DNA from: Syncephalis fuscata S228 | Taxonomy: Eukaryota; Fungi; Zoopagomycota | Assembly (NCBI GenBank): GCA_025786725.1 | Contig: JAHLTZ010000006.1 | Location: 248,001 to 312,000 of the forward strand | Length of the DNA: 64,000 nt | Reading direction: 5' to 3' | Shown here: piece by piece, positions 11,516 to 23,720 of the stretch | Layout: every line of letters starts with the position of its first letter | Position numbering within the stretch: position 1 is the first letter of the stretch | Position numbers and translations under genes: made by a program | The notes under the pieces: generated by a model | Database searches by the model: none | What the model was told of the DNA's origin: nothing | What the model saw: the letters and a program-made list of their open reading frames with translations, nothing else

Positions 11516-13727
11516 ATGGACCTTGGCCGTTTACTTAACCCGCAAGCGTTTGCGGTGTCAGCGCCCGCGTTGTCCAAAGATACTGCTTCCTACTCATTAT
11601 CTTTTTCTTCTTCCGCTTCTACTACTACCACCGCCACCACTACTACTATGAATACGCATAAATATGCTCAAACGGCAAAAAGTGCTCAGGTAAGCGTCGC
11701 ATTTAAGTGTTTTGCTTAACCGCGTCTACTATTTCCACTATTTTCATTGGTGTTGTTTAAACTTTTATTCTTGGCGTTAATTTCACAGTCATACAATCAC
11801 CGAACTATATTATTCTTTGCTTGCCAACTGCACTATGTATTATCTTTACTATTATATTGTATTTTACACTCGCTATGCTATTTATCTTTGATAACAACAA
11901 CAACTTTCCCGTATACTTTGTTCTCAGTAAGCGTGTGTATGTTTATTATGACCATAATGAATAGAGCAAATACACTTCTATCGGTCTACCAATTCCCCTG
12001 TTTCATGTCTTGGCACTATTTAGAAGCTTCCTTTTCTAATAGTATTGTGCGGTAAATAGCCAAGCAAAGCCATTTGAATTACGCGCTTCCCTTTCTGAGA
12101 ATAGACTACTATCCAATATAGCGATAGTGGTAATAGTACTTTTATGCAGATTGGTATAGTGCTTCTAGGCAGTTATGTTTTAGAGTCAACTTTTTCACTT
12201 CATATCATGTGCTTCCCCGCTTTTTTGCCTATGCTTGTCCAATAGAGAACTTGTCTAGACTATTGATAGCAATTTCACATGCTATATTATTCATGCTATT
12301 GTTGGCGTATAGACGTGTGGTCTTTTCTGTCTTGCTTTAGCTTTTGATGATACACAATTCAGGGTCACTTACGACGTGTGGCGTGCCAACTAGCATGAGC
12401 CTCTACCGGCTATTCTATTGGTTTCACAGCATAGCTCTATTTGTCTCCTTGTTGTGTATACCAAACAATGATATGTATGTACACTGGTCAATTATACGAC
12501 TTGTCTAACCTGCATAACTGTGCTGTGGCTATGCAACTGGCTATACTGCTACAGCACTGATGGACGTGTGCGTTCTAAGGTCATATGAGATGATGTGGCC
12601 CTTCTGTACTACACACGCGTTTTAGTTCAGAGCGCTACTTGACGATAGCGCGTCCATCATTTGCTTGCAAACTGATATGTCCAAATATCAAGATTAGCAC
12701 TAATAATGTTTATTTATTTCTATAGTGTTTACGTCGTTTACGTGCCCGACTTGGTCTTGCTTCGTATCGTGTAGCATGCAAGAAAGAAGGAGCTCTAGCT
12801 GCGCTGGAGCGTGCACTTCAACTTGAACTTGCTGACCGTACGCGCCTACCATCACCTAACCGTGCTGCACCCCGCCCGCATCGTGCTTCGCCGCCTATGG
12901 CCAATTCAGTAGCTGTAAAACCAGCAAATGTGTCATCCGGTATTTGTTCAATCACACCAACAACATCTCCGCTCAATGCCCCATTGTCGTCATCTGCATT
13001 CACGGCCCTTGAATCCAACAACGCTTTGGCCAATCGTGATGGTCATTTACCATCATTGCCGGCAGGTGTGTTGGCTACTTCAAAGCAATCAGCATCACCG
13101 CCCCATGGCCCCACTATGGATCCTGCCATCCACATCAAAGGTGCATTAACCGGTGATGCTGAAACGGGAGCCGAACTTTTATTGTTTGTCAAATACGCTC
13201 ATCCTCAACAGCAATCATTGGATGAAGCGCTTAATGTATCGAATATCCATACGCGTATCAGTAACTATGTAACTACTCATGTATTATCTTCCGACACTGC
13301 TGTATCATCACACAAAGTAAACATTACACAAGCCGTTACTTCTACTACTACTGTTGCTGCTGCTGCTACTACTCACCATTCTCGTTCACCGTCTCGCCGG
13401 TACACAACGGCAAAACGCGCCGCATTGCATCCATATCGGCCTATTGCCCCTTCACCAGCCCCTAATCATTCATCAATCGATCCATTAAAGACGCTATCAA
13501 GTCGTGCTGTAGTCAATAGCGCTAGTGCTTCACCTCCATTGGCGGCAATCACTATAGGCACTCGACCAGCCAGTACTTTACAATCACCATGGCCCACGCC
13601 TGAATCTTCACCAAACTTTTCCGCCTTATCCTGTTCCGCGTCAAATCTACGTGAAGTTCAATCAGATATGCCCAAGTTTACACAACTGCCACAATCACTT
13701 TTACCGGCCGGTCACTATTTGGCATAA
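11516..13727 (+). CDS. Whi5/Nrm1/Srl3-like G1/S transcriptional repressor, copy 2 (two exons, intact)
   Basis: Exon 11516-11689 (MDLGRLLNPQ...KSAQ), intron 11690-12725 (GTAAGC...TATAG), exon 12726-13727 starting CLRRLRARLGLASYRV (GTB-like). Includes DAETGAELLLFV and many SP/TP sites. Confidence 0.68.
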
Positions 13728-15659
13728 TTACTGCCACACCCTTATCAACATCAGTATCATACTATCATTTTAGCAATAGTTTTCAGTGTCACCGTAGTAA
13801 TATTAACATTAATCGTAATAGTATAATAATGGTTTTGTAGGTCATTATTGCATCATTGCACCCATTTTTCGTCGGCCCTTTGGCTATGTTTTATTCATAG
13901 GCTAACTTTCATGCTTATGTCTTTCCGCTTGTTTACTCTTTGTGTTTATATGTCATATCTATAACGAATAACAGTATTTTCATATTCATCTAATACCAAA
14001 TTTATACACTTGTACTCAGTCTATCGATCGATAATGAACAAACCTGTTTACATGACTATAGCAAAGCTTTAATGGAACACGCATTGCTGACCACACAGTC
14101 ATTATTGGCCAAACCACAGCCGCGACAATGACCGCTGTTGTTGACTTGTCGTTTCATCCTTTAAGACAGAATTGTCATGTTTTTGTATTTTAGATTAGAA
14201 CACATGTTAAAGTCTAAATTTGGTAATTTTTGTCCAATTAAATTTGCTATTTTGAGCATTCGTATATTACCTCGTGCCAATCATTAAATTGGCCTAATTA
14301 AGTAGTAACAGCATGTTGGCCCCATGATTCCGACTGCTCGGTGATTGAATGTTTGAAATAAAGAAGAGTCGGCGTTTGCGTAGTTTTGTTTATCGATTAT
14401 CATCGCACATCTATCTACAAAGTCCTTATTGCCATTGTTTATGCGTTTTTATTGCTATTATCATTTATTCCTGCTTATCAGTAATAGATACTATAATAAT
14501 ATGTATAACTATTGTTTGCTCGTTAAAGAAGGTGTTGCCTGTTGGGGTCAAGTAGTATAACTGTAATGGGGGTATTCACAAGCAATCAATAAAAACACGC
14601 CTTTAAACGATAAAATAGTAAAGCCTATATCCATTAAATGGTTAAACAGCATGCGTTATTTCAGCATGACCGATACGCACACCACGAATACTACGACTCG
14701 TGATTGTTTATAGAAATCTTCAAATGTCTAAAATTCTCAATTGTTTTCCCCTTGCCCTATTCATGTCAGTCTTCGAAACAATTTATTGCTCCGATACTGA
14801 CACATGGCCTAGGTGATACTTGTGGAACAAGGCAATGCTGGACAAGAAAAACTCCGCCAGTTTTTTGGTGCGATCGATATTTTCGGCCATGGCAATTCTA
14901 AGAGAAGCAACTTAAGGTGGACGTGATCCGTCGCTATCTACTTTTGTCTCTCTCGCTCTCTCTTTCTTCTTTCCTCCCCGCGCCATCCACCTATTCTTAT
15001 TGACGAATACTCGGCTTGGTTACGTTCTCTTGGCCGTTGAATTGCTTGATACTCGATTTATACGATACTTGCTTTTCATTTGTATCGTCATAGTATCGGC
15101 TAAGATCGTTATCGGCCAATCCAACTTTATTATCGCCACAACTCTTTATCTAACATTATAAAAAGTTTACCTTTAGAACTTGATTTAGACCGCGAGTTTT
15201 TGGTTTGATATCTTAACGGTCTTCTTTATCGACTTGCTGATTAGCGAGACTGCTTCTTATTATCATTTAACGCCACGTTCTTCCCATCTCACTTCAATCG
15301 AGCACTCGTGTAACACACGCAACATACTACTGACCATCGTTCTACACCACTTGTAGATTTTATTGTACACTTTTTGCAGCGACTGTATCGGTACGCTTGT
15401 AGTAGCAAGTATTATTGACACTATCTCTGCATTCCGTACTATTTATTGTATGTTTTACACGCGGGTCGTTTTTTTCATTTTAAGCTTTGACGACATAACA
15501 ACGATTTCCCATTGACGCGCAACAAACAGATTAAATTACTTTGATTATTTCACTATTATTTAAAAAACAACAACAGCGGCATCACTACTATCATCCCCAC
15601 AAATACCAACATTACCAAAAATCTGTTTTTGTTGATATTTATTATCATCAAAATTAAAT

Positions 15660-17058
15660 ATGGAGGATTTTACGCAAAAGCCGCCACCAGATGCACCGTT
15701 ATCGGCGCGTTCCGCCCCATTGGCATGCAACTCTATGAACTCATCAACTTATCAATTGGTGCCGCTTTATTTGGTATATCATTAATCGGCTTAGTGGTTG
15801 CCTTGGTAAAACGATCATTTCCACCAATTAAAGCCAAAAGCCCGCACTTGGTAGCGCTGGCGCTACTGGCTAACATTGCGTTCTGGATAGGTAAACTTCA
15901 TGCCCACGGATTTCTCGGCTATGAAGGCATTCTACACAATTGTACAATTTGGGGCATCTGGTTGCAATGTGTGTTTGGCGTTTGTACTATGAACGCTGTG
16001 CTCAGTCTACGCTACCAGCGACTTTACACGGTATTGATACTGCGCCAATCGGCCTGGAGTCTGCGTACCTATATACCCAGCCTGCTCTACGCGTTTGTCG
16101 TACTTGTTTGTGCCATTCTTTCAAGCGCTGTACCCGAAAAGATGGGATTCTATTGGGATGCAGATGCTAACAATTGCTACTCAACACCCGTATCCATCTA
16201 TCTATTCCTTCCTTGTGTGGTCATTGGCGTCATTGCTTTGGCTGGGCTTACATGGCGATTACGACGTGTACGCGATGCCTTTAATGAATATCGCGAGACA
16301 CGCTATGGCGTTATACTACTCTTTATAGCCTGTCTTATTAACGCTATTCTCATGGCCACTGAATACGGACGGACACGATGGGCCAAGCACATACTAGTAG
16401 TTATTTCGTTTCTATGGGGCAACATTTACTTTTGGATGGTTATGGGTAAGCCAATTTTCGGCTATTTATTCGACAAGAAAGGCTGCCAAGAACGATTTGT
16501 TGCTGGGCTGGAGATTGAAACCTGCCAGTATGTCGAATTTACGCGAAACAAGAGTGATAGCAAAACAAAAATGGTCTCTCAATCGCGCTACTTCGACACG
16601 GATACAAGAAAGACATCACGAGCACGATCAAACAGCCCAATCATGAAAGTAACGAGGCAGCTAATACTCGTAAAATGGCGAAACTAGCAATGCATGAGCA
16701 AAACGAAGAGGCCGACCAATATGTCAGTAACTTAAACGAACAAGGAACTCGTCTTCCTTCCCCTGTTGTGCATCCAGCTAACCAACAATATGTTATTCGT
16801 AATAGCTCTAGTGATGATGCAAAATATTCATCTGAATATGAAGTACAAAGTCAGTATTCGGCGCATTCGCAAGAGAACTGGCAAGCATTACAAACCAGAA
16901 CACGTACATCCAGCAATCAATCTCAGATGCGGCCCACTGCCAACTCCAGTGAGGTTGATTATACAAACACCCATCGTCCCTCAAATACCGATGTGCAAGT
17001 TTCGGCTTTGTTTCCTAGTCAGCATGAGCGCTGGGAAGCAACGCCTTATATGGACTAA
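15660..17058 (+). CDS. 7-transmembrane receptor-like protein resembling the class C (7tm_3/GABA-B-like) or fungal GprK-type TM domain; intronless, probable frameshifts near 15710 and 16605
   Basis: Seven hydrophobic segments in ORF 15629-16687; RSFPPIKAKSP after TM1; C..WGIW before TM3; LSLRYQRLY; RRVRDAFNEYRE (class C K/R+P..FNE motif). Polar tail continues in ORF 16675-17058. Confidence 0.65.
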
Positions 17059-17494
17059 GCACATTTGATTGTTCTTTTTATTGTCATAAATACACGCAAG
17101 TGTCGTTAAAATGAACCTTTGGTTTTATCTCCTTTCCATACCTTTTCTTGCTATCTATTTATAACTTTTTGCACATTATATGGACTGAATTATTCTTGCG
17201 AATCTATTCGTTACTTATGAGCACCTTACAGATAGGCAATTACTTTCAATGAACTTTAAACTTATGGTGCATTGTATAGTTACATAGATGGCTATTTAAA
17301 TTTATTTATTTGTTTATAAAAGCAAACTAAAAGTGCTTTATTATTATCAAGTATTTGTAACTGTTTACAAAAAAGTGAGAACAATTACTTTATTGATAGT
17401 ATGTTGGCTTTTTGCCCCTATAGCGATGAAAGTAACAATAATGATATATAATCTGCGCTAGTTTTTTATATCTTTTGATTATCCTCGTCATAGA

Positions 17495-18566
17495 CTAACA
17501 ATTATTATGTGGTGTGCACGTGGTGGTAGGCCACACATCAGTAGCATTTTTGTGGGCAATATTCTCAATAGACGTCGTATTTGTAGATGTATTTGAAGTA
17601 GCATTATTATTTAGCACATTTAGGTCATGAATCAACGAGTTGGTCGTCATATTCGCATTCTCACTAGTAGACTGGTACGCTTGCAACACTTGGTCAGTGC
17701 AATCGTCAGTGGTAGGCATGACCAAGGTGTTGCAAGCGTTTGGCAGCATAAGGCATAACGCCTGCAATTGCAATTGTTCAATAGATAATTCAGATATTTG
17801 TGCATTATTGTTTATCAATTCTGCTAACCATCCTGCATAATTGTAGTGTGGTTGCGTAGGATAGAATAAGCTATTCTGCTCTGATGAAGGGGTAATGGTG
17901 GTTGAAAATGGTATATTTGTTTGCATCATATCATGTACATTTAAAAATGTGTCTCGTTCATTCAGTACTTTGGGCAACATGCGGCGTCTTGCATTGACAA
18001 ACCAATCGTTAAGCTGGGTCAGCTTGATGTTCGTCATTTCACATAAGCGCTTTTTTCCTCCGGCGTAGGATACGGATTGGATGCGTGCTCATATAGCCAT
18101 CGGCGCAATGTAGTTTTAGTAAACGTGTTGTGTTGGTATTTGCCACGATGTCTTTTGGCTACTTGGTCACATCGAGCGGTAGTAATTGACGGCCCTCCTC
18201 TGGTATGTACATTATATCCAGACTGCCTATTGCTACGTAGAGAATGACTGTGATCAAGCAATTGATTGTTACAAACAAACGGTATCGATATTGCATCACC
18301 ATTCTCTTTATCATCATCGATATTGCATATGATTTGGCTGTTATAATTGCTGTGATATTCGCTTAATGCTACATCTAATTAAATAGTGTTACAAAATACA
18401 CAAACAATTACATAATTACATTACCATTCAAATACCCAAAGATATTATTATATACATTAGCAATGTTTTCTTCGGTAGTAGAATTTACAGGAGTATTATC
18501 GGGCGACATTTCATAGGAATGTCTGGTAGCTTCAGTTGCTAATACATCGACATTTGGTAGACTCAT
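17495..18566 (-). CDS. TALE-class homeodomain transcription factor (Cup9/Tos8/TGIF/KN-like); frameshift inside the homeobox
   Basis: TLRRWLYEHASNPYPTPEEK[KRLCE]MTNIKLTQLNDWFVNARRRML, with PYP and WFxNxRRR. One extra A in the A6 run (T6 at 18051-18056 on +) restores the frame. ATG at 18566; intron ~18375-18424. Confidence 0.88.
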
Positions 18567-19473
18567 TTTAATACGGTAGGCAGTTGTTTGTTTACGATAG
18601 TGATGCTATGTTCAAGGTAATTCACTGAATTTGCCAGCAATAATCAGTTTAGTTGGTGAGTTAGATACAAGCAATATAGTTAATGAATTATATTTTTCGG
18701 ATATGGCTACAGCTATATATATATGTGTGTATTTAGTTCATTCATTGCTATTTTCTATTTGACATTGACATACATTATGACGTGCTGTCATTCTATGCGT
18801 TGTGCTTTGTTGTATTCTTTGTTCTTAATACAAAGTTTGGTTTATTCCAAATTGCAAGCTACTTGATTCAACAACAAAGCGCCCATGTGATATACAACAT
18901 GTAATGATCTATGTTCGTTATGGAATAACTGTGATGAATGTTTTATGTATACATAAATATATGTTTGTGTAATTAAAATTAAAAATATCATTAATTATTA
19001 TTTATTACTTGGCAAAAAGCTATTGAACTGTATAGCTATTTTCAAATAAATATAAAATAGCATAAAATATTTACATGCGTAAAACATGGGAAATCAGATA
19101 ATTAGTATTTGCTAGATATAGTATCTAATAAAACTTGAAATTTCAAATCATTTAATTGTTTACAGATTTATTATCATTCGTATTCTGTGCGTATTCGTTG
19201 TTCAGTGTTCTTGCCGGTCGTTAAAGCAAATTACACTGGTGCAAACCAGCACCCATTATGCACCTAATGTAAACATTGTAAAACACACCAAGGCTAATAA
19301 TTGTTTGATCTATCGTCAAGGTATTTATCCCTTTTCTAAATCTGGCCTTTGGCCTTTGGCTTCAAACTCATTCAGGTTATTTGCGCACTTTTTATTCTGA
19401 GCTTTTTATTTGTTCGTATATTCATATATTCTACTTATTCATCATTACAAATTTACAAGTCAGCATTGATAGC

Positions 19474-20829
19474 ATGATAAATTCAGAAAAGTCAGATGTA
19501 TGTGACGTCAGTCAGCCTCTAGAAACAAGCGCAACAACAACAAGCACCGTTTTGTTGCTACAAACAGAAAATATGAGCGCTGGTCGTAATACCTCTACTG
19601 GTGAAATTGGCCATACTGAATTGGTAGACACTTTACCAGCATCTTTAGAAACTGGGTTGCAATCAGAACCTTCTGAAGATAATGACCAATCGAACAAAGA
19701 TGATGACGCCATTTTGAAATATCAATTGAACGGTCTTCCGATACTTCGCATGCAGTTGCTGCGGACGCTGAACATTTGCAAATGCGCAAACCATTGCAAA
19801 GTAGCGCAACTGCCGAAAAAGACGCCATATCCTTTGGCGGCACGAGTGAATTGACCAAAGTGGAAGTAAAGGAAGTCCAACCGTCATCATTACCTCGTGC
19901 AAGTGTGACTATCATTGATGGTGTCGTTATTACAGAAAGACCGATAACTTGGCGCCAACGTCTTCGCACATTACTTCCAATACTTGTTATGCTTGTTGTG
20001 TACGCTGTTATACTTATTTTGTTTTTTATTTTTCAATCTCGTATTTTTCCTGTGTTGCAAAGTTGGGCAGGTTGGCTTAAAGATGCCAAAGTTGGGTAAG
20101 TTACAAAAGTATACATATAATTAAAATAATGATTTATTTTCTTGTTATAGCGGCATTGCTATCCTTGCGGCGGCCATAATGATTACCAGCTTTCCTCCAA
20201 TTCCAGGATACAGTATTTTGGGCATATTTTGCGGATATGTTTACGGTGTATGGTTTGGATTCGTACCGCTAGTTATTGGTGCATATTTGGGTGCATTAGT
20301 TTCGTTTGTAGTGCTGCGCCGTTATCTATCTAAATTTGCTGAAGGTTTATTTGAGGAAAATCCCAAGATTGCTCTTGTAGTCCGTGCCGTGGAAGGCAAG
20401 GGTATTAAGGTAATGGTAATAATAACCTACCAAGCAAATATTAATTATTGTATAAATTAGCTACTTTGGATTATGCGCGTAGCGCCATATCCATACAATC
20501 TTATGAATGGCTTATGTGCAGCATCATCAATTCCATTTAAAAACTATGCAATAGCCACGCTATTAGCCACTCCCAAGTTGTTTTTAGAAACAAGTATTGG
20601 CTCAGGCGTACAGTCATTAAGCGAAGGTTTTACGGATCACTTAACTTGGGAGAAGATTTTACAGCTATCATTAACATTAGTATTGGGAATAGGCGTTACA
20701 TTGTACGTGGTATGGTTGGCACGTCGTGTCATTAAGAAATACAAGAAAGAACAAGCACTCCAAAATCAAGGACTCAATACTAATATTACGATGGAGGAAG
20801 GCAATGGGTCTCTCGCTCATTTACATTAA
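19474..20829 (+). CDS. TVP38: TVP38/TMEM64 (SNARE-associated Golgi, DedA/VTT family) membrane protein, paralog A
   Basis: ITSFPPIPGYS..CGYVYG; MRVAPYPYNLMN; ATPKL. Introns 20096-20150 and 20410-20460; frameshift near 19710. Confidence 0.85.
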
Positions 20830-20893
20830 ATAATCTGCAGTACTGTTATATACTATTTTTAAATAAATCTTTAAGTTTATTGAATACGTCACA

Positions 20894-21958
20894 CTACGCA
20901 CTAGCAACTAGAGCTGGAGCCGTCAAAGCAGTAGGCGTAACCTGGTTGTACTCTGTATTCCATTGGCTATGTGTAGCATTGTGGACTCCGCCTATATTGA
21001 ATTTGTGTTCCTCGTCGTCATCATCACTCGATGCAAGTTGCCATGGCCCTTCCTCCATTGCAATGTCAAAATCGGCTACATTGGCCATGTTGGCATTAAG
21101 TCTATAAATGCCAAACGCTTCATCTTCGGCCACGGCCCGTCTAGCTATAATATAAAGATATATCGTAATGCTAACAGCTAAAACACCGCCAACCGTTGCT
21201 AATGCAATTTTTCCCGCAGTTGGACGATGAAATGCCTCAACAAGCGATATCATATTTGCACCAATAAGCACATGGGCTATTATTTTGGTTAGTGAGGCGG
21301 CAGTTGTTAAAGCGAATAAACGGAATGAAATACTAGTCATAGATAACAATGCGTTGAGAAGATTGTAAGGATATGGTGCTAGACGCACCAACAACAATAG
21401 CTTCAGTAATAGTTAGTAATTTACAAATATCTATTAATTGCCTACCTTCCAGCCACGGCGTTCGACAGCATATAGAACCGCAGATAGATGGCGTGAAGAT
21501 GAAGCAAGCTTCTCTGTGTATTTGCGTGCATATCGGCGACAAATAATAAAGCTTGTACATGCACTTAAAAGTCCACCGACAAATGCTGTAGCATATCCCA
21601 ATGATACACCAAATACAAAGCCAGACATAGTAATTAGTGTGCTGTAACCAGGCATGAACGGAAAGCCTGTGAGGCAGATCAATGATGCCAGCAAAATTGG
21701 TCCCCTATCATTACATTAGCATATTTAATACAAAACTACAGTTATTTACCAAACACCACAATTACGTAGCCATATGCCTAGACGCTCTAGAACAGGCAGC
21801 AAATCCTTTATATAAATCAAAAACAAAATCCCAATAGTCGAGTAGATAAGTCCAACAATAGCCAGTGGTATAAATCGATGCCATTGCGAGGGAATTTGCT
21901 GCAGTAGCCAACGCTTTAAAAAAACGAATAACTTTCTATAATTTCTTAGAATATTCAT
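20894..21958 (-). CDS. TVP38: TVP38/TMEM64 (DedA/VTT family) membrane protein, paralog B
   Basis: TGFPFMPGYSTLITMSGFVFG; VRLAPYPYNLLN; SLTKI..HVLIG. Two introns at the same positions as paralog A. Confidence 0.85.
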
Positions 21959-22261
21959 TGAAAAGTAAAGTATTCTAGTTAAGCATGCATTTAAACAGAG
22001 TAATGCAAACAGCTGTTAAGATTACTATGTAATAATGAAGGCAATAAATGTGTATTCAAAGTCGGTGTATATGGAATAACAGTACTTTTGCCAACCTGTT
22101 GCTGCCTTTGTCGGAGCCTCAACGTTTTGCCCGACTGAATTCCCACTCACTGGTAACAGCCAACCATCAGTCCAGATCATTTACTAATGCGCCCACAAAA
22201 AACACCCCTCATATGACTATTCATATGTACACTCGTATGAGCAACAACAATGTAGATTTTA

Positions 22262-23720
22262 TTACTATCATTATCGATATATAAACACAATTATTTTATT
22301 AACAAATAAACATTATAAACTAAAATGTAAATAATCTTGTCTTCTTTCATTGCGCTTCATTCTCGCTACTATAAATGAGCCACTCTAACTATAGCCCATA
22401 GTATTTATGGATTGTATATGTGTTCATAATGCCATCCCTTTAGTCATAAAGCAGCATATCGACAACTACTGCGACGTTTAGGGGAATGATACAGACCAAT
22501 TAATGTACCAAGCCAGCTATAAAGTAAAAGAAATGAATCATCTAAAATCGGCTGATACTCTTGCTTAAATAGCTTTTAGATTTTGCAGCAATTAGATGTA
22601 GTTGTTAATATACAATAAAAGACACAATAGCCTATAAACATAAATAAGCCATAATTTAATCAGAGCATAAGAATAGCTTGTAGATATTATTATTTTTTGT
22701 AGCATTTGTTTATTATTGAATGCAAATGACGAGTTGATACAATAGTAAGCTGCTCGTTATTACGTATTAGCAATATCACAAAAATCATCACTCTTTAGAA
22801 TGAGCAGATAAATTACTCTTATGATTGCTGCTTCCAAGTATATAGCAAATACATAATGTGTAGTGTGTGCGTGAGTCATATACAATGTTAACTGGATGTG
22901 CATCACTATCATCTATTCATCTTGACGTTTATGTAAAGGCTCTGCATTATTTGCATGATTAAACATTTACCAACATACTACCTATGACAATGATATTTGT
23001 ATTGAATCATTTTAACAATAGCCAAACTAGTTTATTAGAAAATATAACTATCGTCAAATTGGCAAACAATATAAGTATGTTGATTATGCTATGGTATAAC
23101 TGGTTGGTTAGTTGTAGCAATGTTTGTTTTTTCATATATTGGCGATGGTATTTGTGAATGCAAAACATTCTCTCAGTTTTTGGGCGATTCATTTCACTTA
23201 ATACATTGTATGTTTTACAGCAGCTCTCAGTCAAAATAGTTGAACAAACTGAGCTAACATAGCTTTGCGTTGATATTAAAAATAATATTGCAATTAGTTA
23301 GACTTGCCAATCAATAAAATAGAAACTATGAAAATACCCGACATGCTACAACAAATGTTATGGCGACCCAGGTTGTATTATAAAGTATAACAAGGCGCAT
23401 AAATTGAATGCCGTTTTTGGCTAAATTCTTTCAGATTTTAGAACTAAATATACGATATTGTTTATAAGTCATGTAACTAAATACCGACGAGAAAAATAAG
23501 TTGGTAGCTAAAGATGTACAGAATCACCATAGAAGCCAATCCCGTGAATAATAAAAATAGTCATGGCAATATAAATCAATATTAACAATGACAATAACGT
23601 TTAATATCATAGTGGAACTGCCATTTGTAGAATAATTGATACAATGCCTATTAAAAGTAGCCATTGATTTTATAAGATATTATGTATGCTTTTTGCAACA
23701 AAATGACACTGTAGCATATA
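22262..23720 (-). repeat. Long inverted repeat, copy A (1459 bp)
   Basis: Reverse complement of 38833-40293 with about 23 differences counted by eye. Identical 75-aa ORFs at 23007-23234(-) and 39319-39546(+). Confidence 0.97.
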
